A stretch of 64,000 bases of DNA from Eubacteriales bacterium (GCA_045594705.1 JAZNZB010000033.1:317-64316), one strand, 5' to 3'. Positions 17,883 through 30,927 are shown, counted from the stretch's first letter. The notes: a model not told the origin generated them from the sequence alone. Numbers and translations: made by a program.

Positions 17883-19967
17883 TTAGTCGTTCTTCGCGCG
17901 ACTCTTGACAATGGTTTCCTGAATGGACTTGGGTACCTCAGCGAAGTGGCTGGGCTCCATGGAGTAGATGCCACGAGCCTGGGTCTTAGAACGCAGGTCG
18001 GTAGCATAACCGAACATCTCGGACAGCGGCACGTGTGCGATGATTTCCTCAACGCCACCGGTGCGAGCTTCCATAGTGCTGATCTGACCACGACGGGAGT
18101 TAAAGTCACCAATAACTTCACCCATGTAGTCCTCGGGAACGATGGTAACGACCTTCATCATAGGCTCGGTGAGCACGGGGTCTGCCTTACGCATAGCTTC
18201 CTTGAATGCCATAGAACCGGCAATCTTGAATGCCATTTCGGAAGAGTCGACTTCGTGGTAAGAACCGTCGTAAAGGGTTACCTTAACGTCAACTACGCTG
18301 TAGCCTGCGAGCACACCGCTCTGCATAGCGCCCTGGATACCTGCATCAACTGCGGGGATATATTCCTTCGGGATGGAACCGCCAACGGTTGCGTTGACGA
18401 ATTCGTAACCCTTGCCGGGCTCATTGGGCTCAACGATGATCTTGACGTGACCGTACTGACCGGAACCACCGGACTGACGCTTGTACTTGCACTCATGGTC
18501 AACCTTCTTGCGAATGGTCTCCTTGTATGCAACCTGGGGCTTACCAATGTTCGCCTCAACCTTGAACTCACGCAGCAGTCTGTCTACGATGATTTCCAGG
18601 TGAAGCTCGCCCATACCTGCGATAATGGTCTGGCCGGTTTCTTCATCAGTGTAGGTTCTGAAAGTGGGGTCTTCCTCTGCAAGCTTTGCAAGTGCAATAC
18701 CCATCTTCTCCTGGCCTGCTCTGGTCTTAGGCTCGATTGCCTGACGGATAACGGGCTCGGGGAATTCCATGTTTTCAAGGATAATGGGCTTCTTTTCGTC
18801 ACAGAAGGTATCACCCGTGGTGGAATAACGAATACCGATTGCTGCAGCAATATCACCGCTGTAGCATGCGTCGATGTCCTTACGGTCATTTGCATGCATC
18901 TGCAGGATTCTGCCCAGACGCTCGCGCTTACCCTTGGTAGAGTTGTAAACGGTGTCGCCTGCATTGATAATGCCCGAGTATACGCGGAAGTAGCAAAGCT
19001 TTCCTACGAAGGGGTCGGTCATGATCTTGAATGCCAGAGCACTCATGGGCTCGGTATCGGATGCGTGTCTCTCGTCTTCCTCGTCGGTATCGGGGTTTAC
19101 ACCGGTTACGGGAGGAATATCAAGAGGAGAAGGCATATAATCGATGACTGCATCGAGCAGCTTCTGAACGCCCTTGTTACGGTAAGAGGTACCGCAAACG
19201 ACGGGGACAATTCTGTTGTCAATGCAAGCCTGGCGCAGAGCGCCCTTAATTTCCTCTTCGGTGAGCTCTTCATCGCAGAGGTACTTTTCCATCAGCTCGT
19301 CATCCTGCTCTGCAGCTGCCTCTACCATCTTTGCGCGGTATTCCTTAGCAAGCTCCAGCATATCCTCGGGGATAGGCTCGATTCTGATGTCCTTACCAAG
19401 GTCGTCATAGTAAACAACTGCTTCCATCTTGACAAGGTCAATGATGCCGCGGAAGGTCATCTCCTTACCGATAGGCAGCTGGATCGGGATTGCATTGGTA
19501 TGCAGTCTCTCCTCCATCATGCCAAGCACGCGGTAGAAGTCCGCGCCGGTGATGTCCATCTTGTTTACATATGCCATTCTCGGTACACGGTATTTGTCTG
19601 CCTGTCTCCAGACAGTTTCGGACTGAGGTTCAACGCCACCCTTAGCGCAGAATACGGTCACTGCACCGTCGAGAACGCGCAAAGATCTTTCAACCCCTAC
19701 GGTAAAGTCAACGTGGCCGGGGGTGTCGATCAGGTTCAGGCGGTGACCCTTCCATACGCAGGTAGTTGCTGCGGATGTAATGGTAATACCTCTTTCCTGC
19801 TCTTCTTCCATCCAGTCCATCGTTGCGGCGCCCTGGTGTACCTCACCCAGCTTATGAGTCTTACCTGTGTAGAACAGGATTCTCTCAGAGGTGGTTGTTT
19901 TACCGGCATCGATGTGAGCCATGATACCGATATTTCGCGTATTTTCAAGCGAATATTCCCTAGGCAT
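17883..19967 (-). CDS. fusA: elongation factor G
   Basis: 694-aa ORF with [22 protein letters not shown] and NKMD motifs. Confidence 0.98.
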   Translation of the reverse strand: MPREYSLENTRNIGIMAHIDAGKTTTSERILFYTGKTHKLGEVHQGAATMDWMEEEQERGITITSAATTCVWKGHRLNLIDTPGHVDFTVGVERSLRVLDGAVTVFCAKGGVEPQSETVWRQADKYRVPRMAYVNKMDITGADFYRVLGMMEERLHTNAIPIQLPIGKEMTFRGIIDLVKMEAVVYYDDLGKDIRIEPIPEDMLELAKEYRAKMVEAAAEQDDELMEKYLCDEELTEEEIKGALRQACIDNRIVPVVCGTSYRNKGVQKLLDAVIDYMPSPLDIPPVTGVNPDTDEEDERHASDTEPMSALAFKIMTDPFVGKLCYFRVYSGIINAGDTVYNSTKGKRERLGRILQMHANDRKDIDACYSGDIAAAIGIRYSTTGDTFCDEKKPIILENMEFPEPVIRQAIEPKTRAGQEKMGIALAKLAEEDPTFRTYTDEETGQTIIAGMGELHLEIIVDRLLREFKVEANIGKPQVAYKETIRKKVDHECKYKRQSGGSGQYGHVKIIVEPNEPGKGYEFVNATVGGSIPKEYIPAVDAGIQGAMQSGVLAGYSVVDVKVTLYDGSYHEVDSSEMAFKIAGSMAFKEAMRKADPVLTEPMMKVVTIVPEDYMGEVIGDFNSRRGQISTMEARTGGVEEIIAHVPLSEMFGYATDLRSKTQARGIYSMEPSHFAEVPKSIQETIVKSRAKND

Positions 19968-19991
19968 ATTCTAACGGTCTCCTTGATAAAA

Positions 19992-20462
19992 TTAATATCT
20001 GTAGTGTGCGAAAGCCTTGTTGGCTTCTGCCATTCTGTGAGTTTCTTCCTTCTTCTTGAATGCGCCACCGGCATTGTTGATAGCGTCCATCATCTCACCT
20101 GCGAGACGCTCTGCCATGGTAGCCTCTCCGCGCTTTCTTGCATAAGCAACCAGCCAGCGGAGTCCAAGGGTCTGCTTACGGTCAGCTCTGACTTCCATCG
20201 GTACCTGGTAAGTGGAACCACCTACACGGCGAGCCTTTACTTCAAGCTCAGGCATGATGTTGTCAAGAGCAGCCTGGAATACCTCAAGGGGATTCTTGCC
20301 CTGCTTTGCTTCGATGATCTCAAATGCATCGTAAACAATCTTCTGAGCAACTCCCTTCTTGCCGTCATACATCACGTTGTTGATCAGCTTGGTTACAAGC
20401 TTGGAATTATACAACGGATCCGGCAATACATCTCTTTTGGATATACGACCTCTTCTCGGCAC
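19992..20462 (-). CDS. rpsG: 30S ribosomal protein S7
   Basis: ORF 19992-20483. S7 homologues begin at PRRGRI..., which corresponds to the GTG at 20462 with AAGGAGGGA 6 nt upstream. Confidence 0.95.
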   Translation of the reverse strand: MPRRGRISKRDVLPDPLYNSKLVTKLINNVMYDGKKGVAQKIVYDAFEIIEAKQGKNPLEVFQAALDNIMPELEVKARRVGGSTYQVPMEVRADRKQTLGLRWLVAYARKRGEATMAERLAGEMMDAINNAGGAFKKKEETHRMAEANKAFAHYRY

Positions 20463-20614
20463 TGTACTTCCCTCCTTCATCAAATTTTTAAAATGAGATC
20501 ATTGGTACTCAAAAGCAATCTTCTGTTAGCACGCGTCGGTCGTTAATATAAACATTAAATTTACAGTAACTTCAGACGGTTCACAAATGCTTAATACCTT
20601 TTTTGTCCCCCGAA

Positions 20615-21031
20615 TTACTTCTTCTTGGGAACCTTTGCGCCGTACTTGGAACGGCTCTGTGCACGGTTTGCAACACCCTGGGCATCCAGAGTACCGCGAA
20701 TAATGTGGTAACGTACACCGGGCAGGTCTCTTACTCTACCGCCTCTGATAAGGACTACGGAGTGCTCCTGCAGGTTGTGACCGATACCGGGGATATACAC
20801 GGTTGCCTCAAGTCCGTTGGTCAGTCTTACTCTTGCGATCTTACGCATTGCAGAGTTAGGCTTCTTAGGGCTTGTAGTGGAAACCTTGGTGCAAACACCT
20901 CTCTTCTGGGGAGATGCCTGGTCTGTGGGAACGTTGTTCAAAGTGTTGAAGCCCTTCTGCAGCACGGGTGCCTTGGACTTGTACACCTTATCGCTACGAC
21001 CCTGTCTGACGAGCTGGTTAAAGGTTGGCAT
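20615..21031 (-). CDS. rpsL: 30S ribosomal protein S12
   Basis: 138-aa ORF starting [12 protein letters not shown], with PKKPNSA.RK.ARVRL motifs. Confidence 0.97.
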   Translation of the reverse strand: MPTFNQLVRQGRSDKVYKSKAPVLQKGFNTLNNVPTDQASPQKRGVCTKVSTTSPKKPNSAMRKIARVRLTNGLEATVYIPGIGHNLQEHSVVLIRGGRVRDLPGVRYHIIRGTLDAQGVANRAQSRSKYGAKVPKKK

Positions 21032-21157
21032 ACTTCCTTGTCTTCCTCCTTCTTCTGAAATTTAATGTTTATACAGACGCAGCACGCTGCGAAACTGCCA
21101 ATTTCACGGATATGCGCTGTGTTTTGGGCGCAATTCACCCATGCGCACATTCAACTT

Positions 21158-21186
21158 ATTATATCACTACCCTCTTTTTTTGTCAA
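21158..21186 (-). promoter_or_regulatory. exact consensus promoter TTGACA-N17-TATAAT for rpsL-rpsG-fusA-tuf
   Basis: The minus strand reads TTGACAaaaaaagagggtagtgaTATAAT, about 120 nt upstream of the rpsL ATG. Confidence 0.6.
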
Positions 21187-21309
21187 GATGCAAAAAGAGA
21201 GTGCGCTATTTTCTACGTTTTGCACAAATAATTTTTCTCATATTTGTGCCGCTTTTTGCTACTTGCATGGAGGTCGGGGGATTTTTTGCCCTTCCCATTA
21301 CGCTACTTT

Positions 21310-21340
21310 GGGGAAACACGGTCAAAAACCGCGTTTCCCC
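21310..21340 (-). terminator. hairpin after rpoC without a U-tract (partial terminator or attenuator candidate)
   Basis: GGGGAAACGCGG-tttttga-CCGTGTTTCCCC on the minus strand, followed by AAAGTAG. Confidence 0.3.
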
Positions 21341-21367
21341 TTGTATTCCAATATGCCTTTATCAGGC

Positions 21368-24300
21368 TCAGATTGCTTGCTCGGAAGCCTCTGCGCTCTC
21401 AGGCTCAACGTGCTGAACGTCGACGTCATGATAGCAACGCATACCCGTACCTGCGGGAATCAGCTTACCGATGATAACGTTCTCCTTCAAGCCAAGCAGG
21501 TGGTCAACCTTACCGCGGATTGCAGCCTCGGTCAGCACCTTGGTGGTCTCCTGGAAGGATGCAGCAGACAAGAAGGACTCGGTCTGCAGAGATGCCTTGG
21601 TGATACCCAGCAGCACGGGAGAGCCCTCAGCCGGCTTGAGCCAGGTCTCGCCTGCGTTGATTCTCTCGGTCACCTTGTTATTCTCTTCCTCGTAGGTGTT
21701 GCAATCCACCAAAGAACCGGTCAGCATTTCGGTGTCGCCGTTGTCCTCGATGCGGATCTTTCTGGTCATCTGACGTGCAATGATCTCGATATGCTTATCG
21801 TTGACGTTACACGACTGAGAACGGTAAACCTTCTGAACTTCCTTGATGATATATTCGTAAACAGCATCCAGGCCCAGGATTCTCATGATATCCGCAGGAG
21901 CCTTGGAGCCCTCGGTCAGTGCCTGACCGCGCTCAACGTGTGCACCGTCCACGACTGCAAGACGCATACCGTAAGGAATGGTGTACTTGTGGAACTCGTT
22001 GGTTTCATCAGCAGTGATCGAAACGTCGTGCATGCCGGGGATCTCGCCGACAGAAACGTGAACCGTACCGGTCTGCTCTGCCATAATGGCAGCCTTCTTG
22101 GGCTGACGAGCCTCAAACAGCTCCTCAACACGAGGCAGACCCTGGGTAATATCGCTACCTGCGACACCGCCCGAGTGGAAGGTTCTCATGGTCAGCTGCG
22201 TACCGGGCTCACCGATCGACTGAGCTGCGATGATACCGACAGCCTCACCGATCTGTACAGGCTTACCGGATGCCAGGTCAGCACCGTAGCAGTGTGCGCA
22301 CACACCGTACTTGGAGTGACACTGAATGACTGTTCTGATATATACCTGCTGGATGCCCGCAGCAGCAATTGCCTTTGCGTGCTCCTCGGTAATCATGGTA
22401 TCGTCCTCTACGATGACCTCACCGCTGACGGGATTGACCACGGGACCGATAGTGTATCTGCCCACGATTCTGTCAGCCAGAGGCTCGAGAACGTTCTTAT
22501 CCTTTTCATCAATGATCTCGCTGACCCATGCGCCCTTGGTGGTATCACACTTGTCCTCGCGGATGATCATTTCCTGGGATACGTCAACCAGACGGCGGGT
22601 CAGATAACCGGAGTCTGCGGTACGCAGAGCGGTATCCGACAGCGACTTACGGGAGGAACGTGCGCCCATGAAGTACTCCATGATGTTCAGACCTTCACGG
22701 AAGTTGGACTTGATAGGCAGCTCCACGGTCTTACCGTTGGTTGCAAACATCAGACCACGCATACCTGCCAGCTGACGCATCTGGGTCATAGAACCTCTCG
22801 CGCCCGAGTCTGCCATGATCTTGATGGGGTTATAGGTGCTGAAGCTGTTCTGCAGCGCCTTGGTAACGTCGTCGGTAGTCTTGTTCCAGATCTTGATAAC
22901 GCCGTTGTAGCGTTCCTCGTTGGAAAGCTCACCGCGCAGGTAGTGCTTGGTCAGCACGTCCACGTCCTTCTGTGCACTCTCCAGCATGCCCTTCTTCTCT
23001 TCCGGAATGGTCATATCGTAAACCGAGATCGAGAAGGAAGCTCTGGTGGAGTACTTGTAACCCATTGCCTTGATGTTATCCAGCATCTCGGCGCAGATTG
23101 CAGGGGTGTGAACACGGATACAGTTATCGATGATCTGACCCAGCTGCTTCTTCTTGACGACCTGGTCGATCTCAAGCTTGAACTCGTTACCGGGTACGCT
23201 TCGATCGATAAAGCCGAGGTCCTGAGGAATGGGCTGGTTGAAGATCAGACGGCCAAGAGTTGCTTCGATGACGGAGGAACGCATCACACCGTCGATCTCC
23301 TTCTGTACTCTGACCTTGATCTTTGCATGCAGGCCGAGCGCACCGTTGGCATACGCCATCATAGCCTCGTTGATATCGCGGTACGCGCTGCCCTCGCCGG
23401 GCTCGCCGGGCTTTTCCATGGTCAGGTAGTAAGAACCAAGGATCATATCCTGGGTAGGAATGGTCACTGCCTTACCGTCCATGGGCTTAAGCAGGTTGTT
23501 TGCGGAAAGCATCAGGAAGCGTGCCTCTGCCTGTGCCTCAGCCGACAGCGGAACGTGTACAGGCATCTGGTCACCGTCAAAGTCTGCGTTGAACGCGGTA
23601 CATACCAGCGGGTGCAGCTTGATGGCTCTGCCCTCAACCAGCACGGGCTCGAACGCCTGAATGGACAGACGGTGCAGAGTAGGTGCACGGTTGAGCAGTA
23701 CGGGATGCTCCTTGATGACGTTTTCGAGTGCGTCCCAGACCTCGGGGAAGATTCTTTCGATCTTCTTCTGAGCGTCCTTAACGTTGGTAGCCTTGCCCAT
23801 CTCAACCAGTCTCTTGACGACAAAGGGCTTGAACAGCTCCAGAGCCATTTCTCTGGGCAGACCGCACTGATAGATCTTGAGCGTAGGACCTACAACGATA
23901 ACCGAACGACCGGAGTAGTCAACACGCTTACCAAGCAGATTCTGACGGAAACGACCCTGCTTACCGCGCAGCATCTCGGACAGAGACTTCAGCGCTCTGT
24001 TGGAGGGGCCGGTAACGGGCTTGCCGCGTCTGCCGTTGTCGATCAGCGCGTCCACCGCTTCCTGCAGCATTCTCTTTTCGTTACGGATCACGATCTCGGG
24101 GGTACGGATCTCCATGAGCTTCTTCAGACGGTTGTTACGGCTGATAACTCTACGGTAAAGCTCATTGAGGTCGGAGGAGGCAAATCTGCCGCCGTCCAAC
24201 TGTACCATGGGTCGGATATCCGGAGGGATGACCGGCACTGCGTCCAGCACCATCCACTCCAGCTTATTACCGGATTTGCGGAATGCCTCCACAACCTCCA

Positions 24301-24928
24301 GTCTCTTGATAATTCTCGTCTTCTTCTGACCGGAAGCGGTCAGCAGCTCCTGCTTGAGCTGCACGGAAAGTGCTTCAATGTCAACTCCCTGCAAAAGCTC
24401 CTTGACAGCCTCTGCACCCATACCGACGCGGAAGTCGTTGCCGTACATTTCGCGGTTGTCCATGTATGCCTTCTCGGACAACACCATACCCTTTTCCAGG
24501 GGCGTGGTACCGGGATCCAGCACAACGTTCTCCGCAAAATACAGCACCTGCTCCAGCTGCTTGGGCGAAATGTCCAGCACCAGTGCCATACGGGAAGGAA
24601 TTGCCTTGAAATACCAGATGTGGGATACGGGAGCGGCCAGCTCAATGTGACCCATTCTCTCACGTCTTACCTTCTTGGTGGTAACGTCCACACCGCACTT
24701 CTCACAACGGATGATCTCCTTGCTGTGAGAGTTCTTATATTTGCCGCACATACAAGCGCCGTCCTTGGTAGGACCAAAGATACGCTCGCAGAACAGACCG
24801 CCGATTTCCGCTTTGAGAGTTCTGTAGTTGATAGTCTCGGGCTTATTAACCTCACCGTAAGACCATTCTCTGATCATTTCCGGAGATGCCAGACCAATCT
24901 TAATGGCAGAAAATTCACTATGCTCCAC
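21368..24928 (-). CDS. rpoC: DNA-directed RNA polymerase subunit beta'
   Basis: 1186-aa ORF with NADFDGD, the zinc-finger CxxC motifs and the bridge-helix region. Confidence 0.98.
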   Translation of the reverse strand: MEHSEFSAIKIGLASPEMIREWSYGEVNKPETINYRTLKAEIGGLFCERIFGPTKDGACMCGKYKNSHSKEIIRCEKCGVDVTTKKVRRERMGHIELAAPVSHIWYFKAIPSRMALVLDISPKQLEQVLYFAENVVLDPGTTPLEKGMVLSEKAYMDNREMYGNDFRVGMGAEAVKELLQGVDIEALSVQLKQELLTASGQKKTRIIKRLEVVEAFRKSGNKLEWMVLDAVPVIPPDIRPMVQLDGGRFASSDLNELYRRVISRNNRLKKLMEIRTPEIVIRNEKRMLQEAVDALIDNGRRGKPVTGPSNRALKSLSEMLRGKQGRFRQNLLGKRVDYSGRSVIVVGPTLKIYQCGLPREMALELFKPFVVKRLVEMGKATNVKDAQKKIERIFPEVWDALENVIKEHPVLLNRAPTLHRLSIQAFEPVLVEGRAIKLHPLVCTAFNADFDGDQMPVHVPLSAEAQAEARFLMLSANNLLKPMDGKAVTIPTQDMILGSYYLTMEKPGEPGEGSAYRDINEAMMAYANGALGLHAKIKVRVQKEIDGVMRSSVIEATLGRLIFNQPIPQDLGFIDRSVPGNEFKLEIDQVVKKKQLGQIIDNCIRVHTPAICAEMLDNIKAMGYKYSTRASFSISVYDMTIPEEKKGMLESAQKDVDVLTKHYLRGELSNEERYNGVIKIWNKTTDDVTKALQNSFSTYNPIKIMADSGARGSMTQMRQLAGMRGLMFATNGKTVELPIKSNFREGLNIMEYFMGARSSRKSLSDTALRTADSGYLTRRLVDVSQEMIIREDKCDTTKGAWVSEIIDEKDKNVLEPLADRIVGRYTIGPVVNPVSGEVIVEDDTMITEEHAKAIAAAGIQQVYIRTVIQCHSKYGVCAHCYGADLASGKPVQIGEAVGIIAAQSIGEPGTQLTMRTFHSGGVAGSDITQGLPRVEELFEARQPKKAAIMAEQTGTVHVSVGEIPGMHDVSITADETNEFHKYTIPYGMRLAVVDGAHVERGQALTEGSKAPADIMRILGLDAVYEYIIKEVQKVYRSQSCNVNDKHIEIIARQMTRKIRIEDNGDTEMLTGSLVDCNTYEEENNKVTERINAGETWLKPAEGSPVLLGITKASLQTESFLSAASFQETTKVLTEAAIRGKVDHLLGLKENVIIGKLIPAGTGMRCYHDVDVQHVEPESAEASEQAI

Positions 24929-24969
24929 AGTTATTCTCCTAACTTACATTAAATTTATATGAGTGGGAA

Positions 24970-27900
24970 TTACTCTTCCCCGTCGTAGTAATCGTCGCCT
25001 TCGGAATCGAAGCCGTCAAAGAGCAGCTCGTCGTCCTCAATAGCCTCGCCGTCCTCGTCCTCCAGCGTGAAGGCCTCGCGCAAATCGCCCATCTGCAGCT
25101 GGTCGTCGCCAAGAGCCTCGTCAATGGCAGCACGGTCAGCCTTGTTGGTGAATGCGGGTCCGTCATCATCCTGGCACAGAGTGGACAGCTGGATCTCCTC
25201 GCCGTTCTGGTCGAGCACGCGGATATCCAGAGCCAGAGCCTGCAGCTCCTTAACCAGCACCTTGAAGGATTCGGGAACACCCGGAGTGGGAATGTTCTGA
25301 CCCTTGATGATTGCTTCGTAAGCCTTGCGGCGGCCTGCGATATCGTCCGACTTGACAGTCAGGATCTCCTGCAGGGTATATGCAGCACCGTATGCCTCCA
25401 GTGCCCAAACCTCCATCTCACCGAATCTCTGACCGCCGAACTGAGCCTTACCGCCCAAGGGCTGCTGAGTAACCAGCGAGTAAGGACCGTTGGAACGTGC
25501 GTGGATCTTATCGTCAACCAGGTGGTGCAGCTTGAGGTAATACATGATACCTACGGTTACGGGGTTATCAAAGGGCTCACCGGTTCTGCCGTCGTACAGA
25601 ACGGTTTTGCCGTCGAACAGCTTGAGTCTCTTAGCGCGGCGCATCTGTTCAATATATTCGGGATCGCTTCTCTCTTCGGGAGTCAGCAATCTGTAATCCT
25701 TGGTGCCGTCGAGGTTGACGATCTCTTCAAAGAGCTCCTTGCCCTCGGGGTTCTCGCCCGCAAACAGGTCACGGGAAAGTCCTGCCATGCGCAGACATTC
25801 ACTGATGTCGCGCTCGTTTGCACCGTCGAATACGGGGGTCATAATCTTCCAGCCCAGCTTCTTGGACGCAATACCCAAGTGAACCTCAAGCACCTGACCG
25901 ATGTTCATACGGGAAGGCACGCCCAGGGGGTTGAGCACGATATCCAGAGGAGTACCGTCGGGCAGGAAAGGCATATCCTCGGGAGGCAGAATGCGCGAAA
26001 CGACACCCTTGTTACCGTGACGGCCTGCCATCTTGTCGCCCACAGAGATCTTTCTCTTCTGTGCGATATAAACCTTAACGACCTTGTTGACGCCTGCGGG
26101 CAGCTCGTCGCCCTGCTCGTGAGAGAAGACGCGAACGTCCACAACCACACCGCTCTCACCGTGAGGCAGACGCAGAGAGGTATCTCTGACTTCTCTTGCC
26201 TTCTCACCGAAGATGGCACGCAGCAGTCTTTCCTCTGCAGTCAGCTCGGTCTCGCCCTTGGGCGTGATCTTACCGACCAGAATGTCGCCTGCTCTGACCT
26301 CGGTACCCTTCTTGACAATACCCTCTGCGTTCAGATCCTTGAGTGCGTCGTCACCGACGTTGGGGATCTCGCGGGTGATCTCTTCCGGACCGAGCTTGGT
26401 ATCTCTTGCCTCGTGGGAATACTCCTCGATGTGCAAGGAGGTATATACGTCATCACGTACCAGTCTTTCGTTAAGCAGAACTGCGTCCTCGTAGTTATAA
26501 CCCTCCCAGGTCATAAAGCCGATCAGTGCGTTCTTACCCAGCGAGATCTCACCGTTGCAGGTCGCGGGACCGTCGGCGATGACCTGACCTGCCTCGATCA
26601 GCTGACCCTTGTTGACAAGAGGTCTCTGGTTAAAGCAAGTGCCCTGGTTGGTACGCTTGAACTTGGAAAGCGTGTAAACGTCCTTGATGCCCTCTTCGGT
26701 CACAATGACGATCTTATCGGCCTCAACGCGCTCAACGATACCTGCGTTCTTGGCCACGACAACGACACCGGAGTCAACCGCTGCCTTGTACTCCATACCG
26801 GTACCGACGATGGGGCTGTCGGTGACCATCAGCGGCACTGCCTGCTTCTGCATGTTGGAGCCCATGAGTGCACGGGAGTTGTCGTCGTTCTCCAAGAAGG
26901 GGATCATTGCGGTTGCAACGGACACCACCATCTTAGGAGAAACGTCCATATAGTCGATCTTGGAAACGTCAATTTCCAGAATCTCGGTCTTGTCACGTGC
27001 GGTGACCTTCTTATTGATAAAGTGGCTGTTTTCATCCAGCGGCTCGTTTGCCTGCGCGATGATGTAGTTATCCTCAACGTCCGCAGTCATGTATTCCACC
27101 TCGTCGGTGACGATGTGTTCTACCGAGCCATCCTCCTTCTGAAGGTGAACGACCTTGCGGTAAGGAGCCTCGATGAAGCCGTAGTTGCTGATACGTGCAT
27201 AGGTGGTCAGATAGGAAATCAGACCGATGTTGGGACCTTCGGGGGTCTCGATGGGACACATACGACCGTAGTGGGTGTAGTGAACGTCACGGACGTCGAA
27301 GGATGCGCGGTCACGGGAAAGACCGCCGGGACCCAGTGCGGAAAGACGGCGCTTGTGAGTCAGCTCAGCCAGGGGGTTATTCTGGTCCATGAACTGAGAA
27401 AGCTGAGAAGAGCCGAAGAATTCACGAATGACGGTTGCAACGGGACGGATATTGATCAGTGCCTGGGGAGTCAGCTTTTCGTTATCCTGGGTGGTCATTC
27501 TCTCCTTGATGATCTTATCCATACGGGAGAAGCCGATGCGCAGCTGGTTCTGGAGCTGCTCACCTACGGAACGGATACGACGGTTGCCCAGATGGTCGAT
27601 GTCGTCCACGGTGCCGATGTCGTTTGCCAGGGTCAGAATATAGTTAATGGAAGCAAAGATATCGTCCTTGGTGATGTGCTTGGGAGACAGCTCGGCAATT
27701 CTTTCCTTCGCCATTTCCTTGATCGCATCCACGTCACCTGCGCAAGCCTCTGCGATCTCAAGCAGAACAGGCGTGCATACCTTGCCGGTAATGCCGCAAT
27801 CCTCAAGATCAAAGCCGAGTACACATGCGGGAGCAATGGTGTTGTTGGACAGGATCTTGATGACCTTGCCGTTATCCAGCTCCACGAACGCCTCATTGAC

Positions 27901-28899
27901 ACCTGCGTTCTCTGCCTCAATTGCCATATCGCGGGTCAGTACTGCGCCCTTTTCAAACAGAACCTCACCGGTCAGGGGGCTGATCAGGTCAGCTGCCAGC
28001 TTGCGGTTCTTGAGTCTGGAGTGCAGAGCTACCTTCTTATTATACTTGTAACGACCTACGGGAGCAATATCGTATCTCTTGGGGTCAAAGAAATAGTTAT
28101 TGATCAGCTGCTGAGCAGACTCCACCAAAGGAGGCTCGCCGGGACGCAGCTTTTTGTAGATCTCCTTGAGTGCTTCCACGTAAGGCGTGGTATGGTTACG
28201 AACAGCCAGATCCTCGCTCTCGTCCTTTTCAAAGGTTGCAGCAAGTCTTTCGTCCTCGCCCAACAGCGCATAGATCTCCTCTCTGGATTCCACACCCAGA
28301 GCGCGGATGAACATGGTCATGGGGACCTTTCTGTTCTTATCGATTCTGACGTACATGACGCCGTTGGCATCGGTCTCATACTCCAGCCATGCGCCACGGT
28401 AAGGAATCACGGTAGCGGCGTAGGTGCGCTTACCGGTCTTATCAATATCAAAGGAGTAGTACATGCCGGGAGAACGGATGATCTGAGAAACGATAACACG
28501 CTCTGCACCGTTGATGACGAATGTACCGGTCTCGGTCATCAAGGGGAAGTCGCCCATATAAATATCGGTCTGCTTCACCTCGCCGGTCTGCTTGTTGGTC
28601 AGACGAACGTTGACCTTGAGCGGTGCGGCATAGTTTACGTCGCGCTCCTTGCATTCTTCCACGGGATACTTGGGCTTGGAATCCAGTGAGAAGGATACGA
28701 ATTCAATGGAAAGGTTGCCGGAATAGTCGGTGATGGGGGATACGTCACGCAGCACCTCCATCAGACCCTCGTCCAAGAACCACTGGAACGATTTGGTCTG
28801 AATTTCGACCAGATTGGGGAGCTCGAGATTGAAGCGGGTGTTACGCGAGAAGGACTTTCTCACGTTCTGTCCGAGCTTTTGCTCTTTCAAATTGACCAT
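24970..28899 (-). CDS. rpoB: DNA-directed RNA polymerase subunit beta
   Basis: ORF 24970-28920. The ATG at 28899 (GGAGTG RBS) is preferred. [20 protein letters not shown] lies near the N-terminus, and the C-terminal tail is acidic. Confidence 0.97.
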   Translation of the reverse strand: MVNLKEQKLGQNVRKSFSRNTRFNLELPNLVEIQTKSFQWFLDEGLMEVLRDVSPITDYSGNLSIEFVSFSLDSKPKYPVEECKERDVNYAAPLKVNVRLTNKQTGEVKQTDIYMGDFPLMTETGTFVINGAERVIVSQIIRSPGMYYSFDIDKTGKRTYAATVIPYRGAWLEYETDANGVMYVRIDKNRKVPMTMFIRALGVESREEIYALLGEDERLAATFEKDESEDLAVRNHTTPYVEALKEIYKKLRPGEPPLVESAQQLINNYFFDPKRYDIAPVGRYKYNKKVALHSRLKNRKLAADLISPLTGEVLFEKGAVLTRDMAIEAENAGVNEAFVELDNGKVIKILSNNTIAPACVLGFDLEDCGITGKVCTPVLLEIAEACAGDVDAIKEMAKERIAELSPKHITKDDIFASINYILTLANDIGTVDDIDHLGNRRIRSVGEQLQNQLRIGFSRMDKIIKERMTTQDNEKLTPQALINIRPVATVIREFFGSSQLSQFMDQNNPLAELTHKRRLSALGPGGLSRDRASFDVRDVHYTHYGRMCPIETPEGPNIGLISYLTTYARISNYGFIEAPYRKVVHLQKEDGSVEHIVTDEVEYMTADVEDNYIIAQANEPLDENSHFINKKVTARDKTEILEIDVSKIDYMDVSPKMVVSVATAMIPFLENDDNSRALMGSNMQKQAVPLMVTDSPIVGTGMEYKAAVDSGVVVVAKNAGIVERVEADKIVIVTEEGIKDVYTLSKFKRTNQGTCFNQRPLVNKGQLIEAGQVIADGPATCNGEISLGKNALIGFMTWEGYNYEDAVLLNERLVRDDVYTSLHIEEYSHEARDTKLGPEEITREIPNVGDDALKDLNAEGIVKKGTEVRAGDILVGKITPKGETELTAEERLLRAIFGEKAREVRDTSLRLPHGESGVVVDVRVFSHEQGDELPAGVNKVVKVYIAQKRKISVGDKMAGRHGNKGVVSRILPPEDMPFLPDGTPLDIVLNPLGVPSRMNIGQVLEVHLGIASKKLGWKIMTPVFDGANERDISECLRMAGLSRDLFAGENPEGKELFEEIVNLDGTKDYRLLTPEERSDPEYIEQMRRAKRLKLFDGKTVLYDGRTGEPFDNPVTVGIMYYLKLHHLVDDKIHARSNGPYSLVTQQPLGGKAQFGGQRFGEMEVWALEAYGAAYTLQEILTVKSDDIAGRRKAYEAIIKGQNIPTPGVPESFKVLVKELQALALDIRVLDQNGEEIQLSTLCQDDDGPAFTNKADRAAIDEALGDDQLQMGDLREAFTLEDEDGEAIEDDELLFDGFDSEGDDYYDGEE

Positions 28900-29055
28900 G
28901 TAATTTTTCACTCCATTCAAAATAGTTGGTAGCCTTTGGGGGCTATCACGTCTTTTTCGTTATCTTTTTTGCATAAATCGCGCCAAAAATAACTGTGTAT
29001 TTTGTCGCATTGGCAGTAAAACCCCATACTGCAAGCGATTATAATGCAGTTTAAT

Positions 29056-29084
29056 ATTATAGCAAAGGTTTTCTCCTTTGTCAA
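29056..29084 (-). promoter_or_regulatory. exact consensus promoter TTGACA-N17-TATAAT upstream of rpoB
   Basis: The minus strand reads TTGACAaaggagaaaacctttgcTATAAT. A second TATAAT lies 13 nt downstream. Confidence 0.55.
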
Positions 29085-29210
29085 GTGTTTTTCGATATTT
29101 TTTTGGAAAATTTTCATATATATTTATATATCTGTAAGCCTGTGCAGAATTTGCACAAAACAATGCACGAATTCTGTCTAAATTTTAGCAAATTAATTTT
29201 CGAAAACCTC

Positions 29211-29239
29211 TTGCAATCGGAAAAGTTTTGTGATATGAT
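29211..29239 (+). promoter_or_regulatory. candidate promoter TTGCAA-N17-TATGAT for rpsT
   Basis: The plus strand reads TTGCAAtcggaaaagttttgtgaTATGAT, about 95 nt upstream of the rpsT start. Confidence 0.45.
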
Positions 29240-29332
29240 ATTGGAGTATATGGGGTACCTTGCGAGTGCACCCTCTCAGGCACGAGAGCACGGAGCACCA
29301 CATATTTAAAATTTATATGGAGGTATACGAAC

Positions 29333-29593
29333 TTGCCGAACATCAAGTCTGCAAAGAAGAGAGTAAAGGTTATCGAGACCAAGACTCTGAAGAACAAGGC
29401 ATTCCGCTCTGCTCTGAAGACCGACATCAAGAAGTACGAGGCTGCTCTTGCATCCGGTAACGTAGAGCTGGCACAGGCTACCTACAAGGCAGCTGTTAAG
29501 AAGATCGACGTAGCAGCTTCCAAGGGCATCATTCACAAGAATGCAGCCGCTCACAAGAAGAGCCAGTTCACCAAGGCACTCAACAATCTGTAA
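29333..29593 (+). CDS. rpsT: 30S ribosomal protein S20 (TTG start)
   Basis: 86-aa ORF starting (M)PNIKSAKKRVKV..., with GGAGG 10 nt upstream of the TTG. Confidence 0.95.
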   Translation: MPNIKSAKKRVKVIETKTLKNKAFRSALKTDIKKYEAALASGNVELAQATYKAAVKKIDVAASKGIIHKNAAAHKKSQFTKALNNL

Positions 29594-29628
29594 TGCACTT
29601 TCGGCCTAACCCACCGAAAAAGCACACA

Positions 29629-29672
29629 TAAATGACCGCGTACGGAAAAATCCGTGCGCGGTCATTTATTTT
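29629..29672 (+). terminator. intrinsic terminator of rpsT
   Basis: AAATGACCGCG-tacggaaaaatccgt-GCGCGGTCATTT overlapping and followed by TTTATTTT. Confidence 0.75.
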
Positions 29673-29742
29673 GAGTTATTAGATCGCTGTGCGATCGTTA
29701 TGAGCTTACTTCGCAAGCGTTATTTTAGTTTGGCGCAGCCAA

Positions 29743-30831
29743 TCATAACTTGCCCGCAGGGCAATCATAACTGCGTACAACAGTACGCACCACAATCGCC
29801 GCGCACGGTCCAAGCACAAGCCCGATCGCGCCAAACAGGCGAAAGGAGACGTACATCGCGCCGAGTGTGACAAGCGGGTGCAGACCAAGACTGTTCCCTA
29901 TGATCTTGGGCTCGGCGATCTGCCGCACCAGCGTGATCACACCGAACAAAATCAAAAGTCCCGCACCCACGCGCACGTTTCCCGACAAAAACGAGAAGAT
30001 GCTCCAGGGCAAGAGCACCGCCCCCGATCCGAGCACGGGCAAGAGGTCGACCAGGGCGATCAGCATCGCAAGCAAAAACGAATACCTGACACCGATCAGC
30101 AAAAAGCCGACCAACAGCTCTGCAAAGGTCAGGCAAAAGATCAACCCGTACGCGCGCAGATATCCGCGCAAAGCATCCGCAACCGAGCCAAGAATGCGCC
30201 GCACACGCTCCCGATGCCCATCGCCCGCGCATCCAAGCACCCACTTGTACATCCGCTCGCCATCCAAGGCAAGATAAAAGCAGGAAAACCCGAACACCAG
30301 CACAGAGAGAGCCATGGACGGCAGCCCCGTTGCCGCATCGACTGCCGCGCCCGTCAAGGCCTCGCCCAAGCGTGCAAGCAAAGATTCGACCAGCGTTTGC
30401 GCAAGCTGATCAAGTCCGCCAAAGAGATCCGAGAACAGCGGCAGCTCCAAAATCTCCTGCAAAAACGCGGGCAGCACACTCCCCTGCCCTTTGGTGGCAA
30501 ACAAGCCCGAGATCGCCCCTGCCAGTGAATTGGCATTTTGAGTCAGCCATGCGTAGAACGAATCCGCCTCTCGCCACAGGTAATAGCCTCCGAGATATAA
30601 TCCGCACCCCAGCACCAAAAGCAGCGCGACAAGCACTGCCACCGAGCAAATGCCCGGACGAATCGCGGTCAGTCCTGACAGCCGCTTTCCCCATGGGCGC
30701 ACAAACAGCACCACCACGCATGCAAGCAAAAACGGTGCAAGAATGGGTACACCGTACCTGCCTGCAAGATAAACCAGCACAACTGTCGAAAGCACGCCCA
30801 CCGCAACCGTCGCCCATTGTGTTCTCTGCAT
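29743..30831 (-). CDS. AI-2E family transporter (YtvI-like integral membrane protein)
   Basis: 362-aa polytopic ORF with the size and hydrophobicity pattern of the AI-2E/PerM family. The sequence is very GC-rich. Confidence 0.7.
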   Translation of the reverse strand: MQRTQWATVAVGVLSTVVLVYLAGRYGVPILAPFLLACVVVLFVRPWGKRLSGLTAIRPGICSVAVLVALLLVLGCGLYLGGYYLWREADSFYAWLTQNANSLAGAISGLFATKGQGSVLPAFLQEILELPLFSDLFGGLDQLAQTLVESLLARLGEALTGAAVDAATGLPSMALSVLVFGFSCFYLALDGERMYKWVLGCAGDGHRERVRRILGSVADALRGYLRAYGLIFCLTFAELLVGFLLIGVRYSFLLAMLIALVDLLPVLGSGAVLLPWSIFSFLSGNVRVGAGLLILFGVITLVRQIAEPKIIGNSLGLHPLVTLGAMYVSFRLFGAIGLVLGPCAAIVVRTVVRSYDCPAGKL

Positions 30832-30898
30832 TGTTCTCCCCCCTATACCTTTATATTATATTATATGTGTCCAAAATGCAAATTCCTATTCCGCACTC

Positions 30899-30927
30899 TT
30901 GACAGAATCGCAAGTATCTGCTAAAAT
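30899..30927 (+). promoter_or_regulatory. promoter TTGACA-N17-TAAAAT (TGn-extended) for ppiB
   Basis: The plus strand reads TTGACAgaatcgcaagtatctgcTAAAAT, about 35 nt upstream of the ATG. Confidence 0.55.

Noticed and set aside
17946-20546. 866-aa plus-strand ORF spanning fusA and rpsG
   Set aside because: It is an antisense shadow that crosses a gene boundary. The same argument applies to 13913-15631 (+), 16093-17847 (+), 5845-7059 (+), 7297-9120 (+), 32557-33386 (+), 34138-35967 (+) and 11858-13093 (+).
21065-28689. Very long plus-strand ORFs (1295 aa at 21065-24952; 1062 aa at 25501-28689) mirroring rpoC and rpoB
   Set aside because: They are antisense shadows of unmistakable rpoC and rpoB. 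They stay open because the sense strand avoids TTA, CTA and TCA codons. Their composition is low-complexity (Leu/Val/Gly/Asp/His-rich) and they have no RBS or start context.
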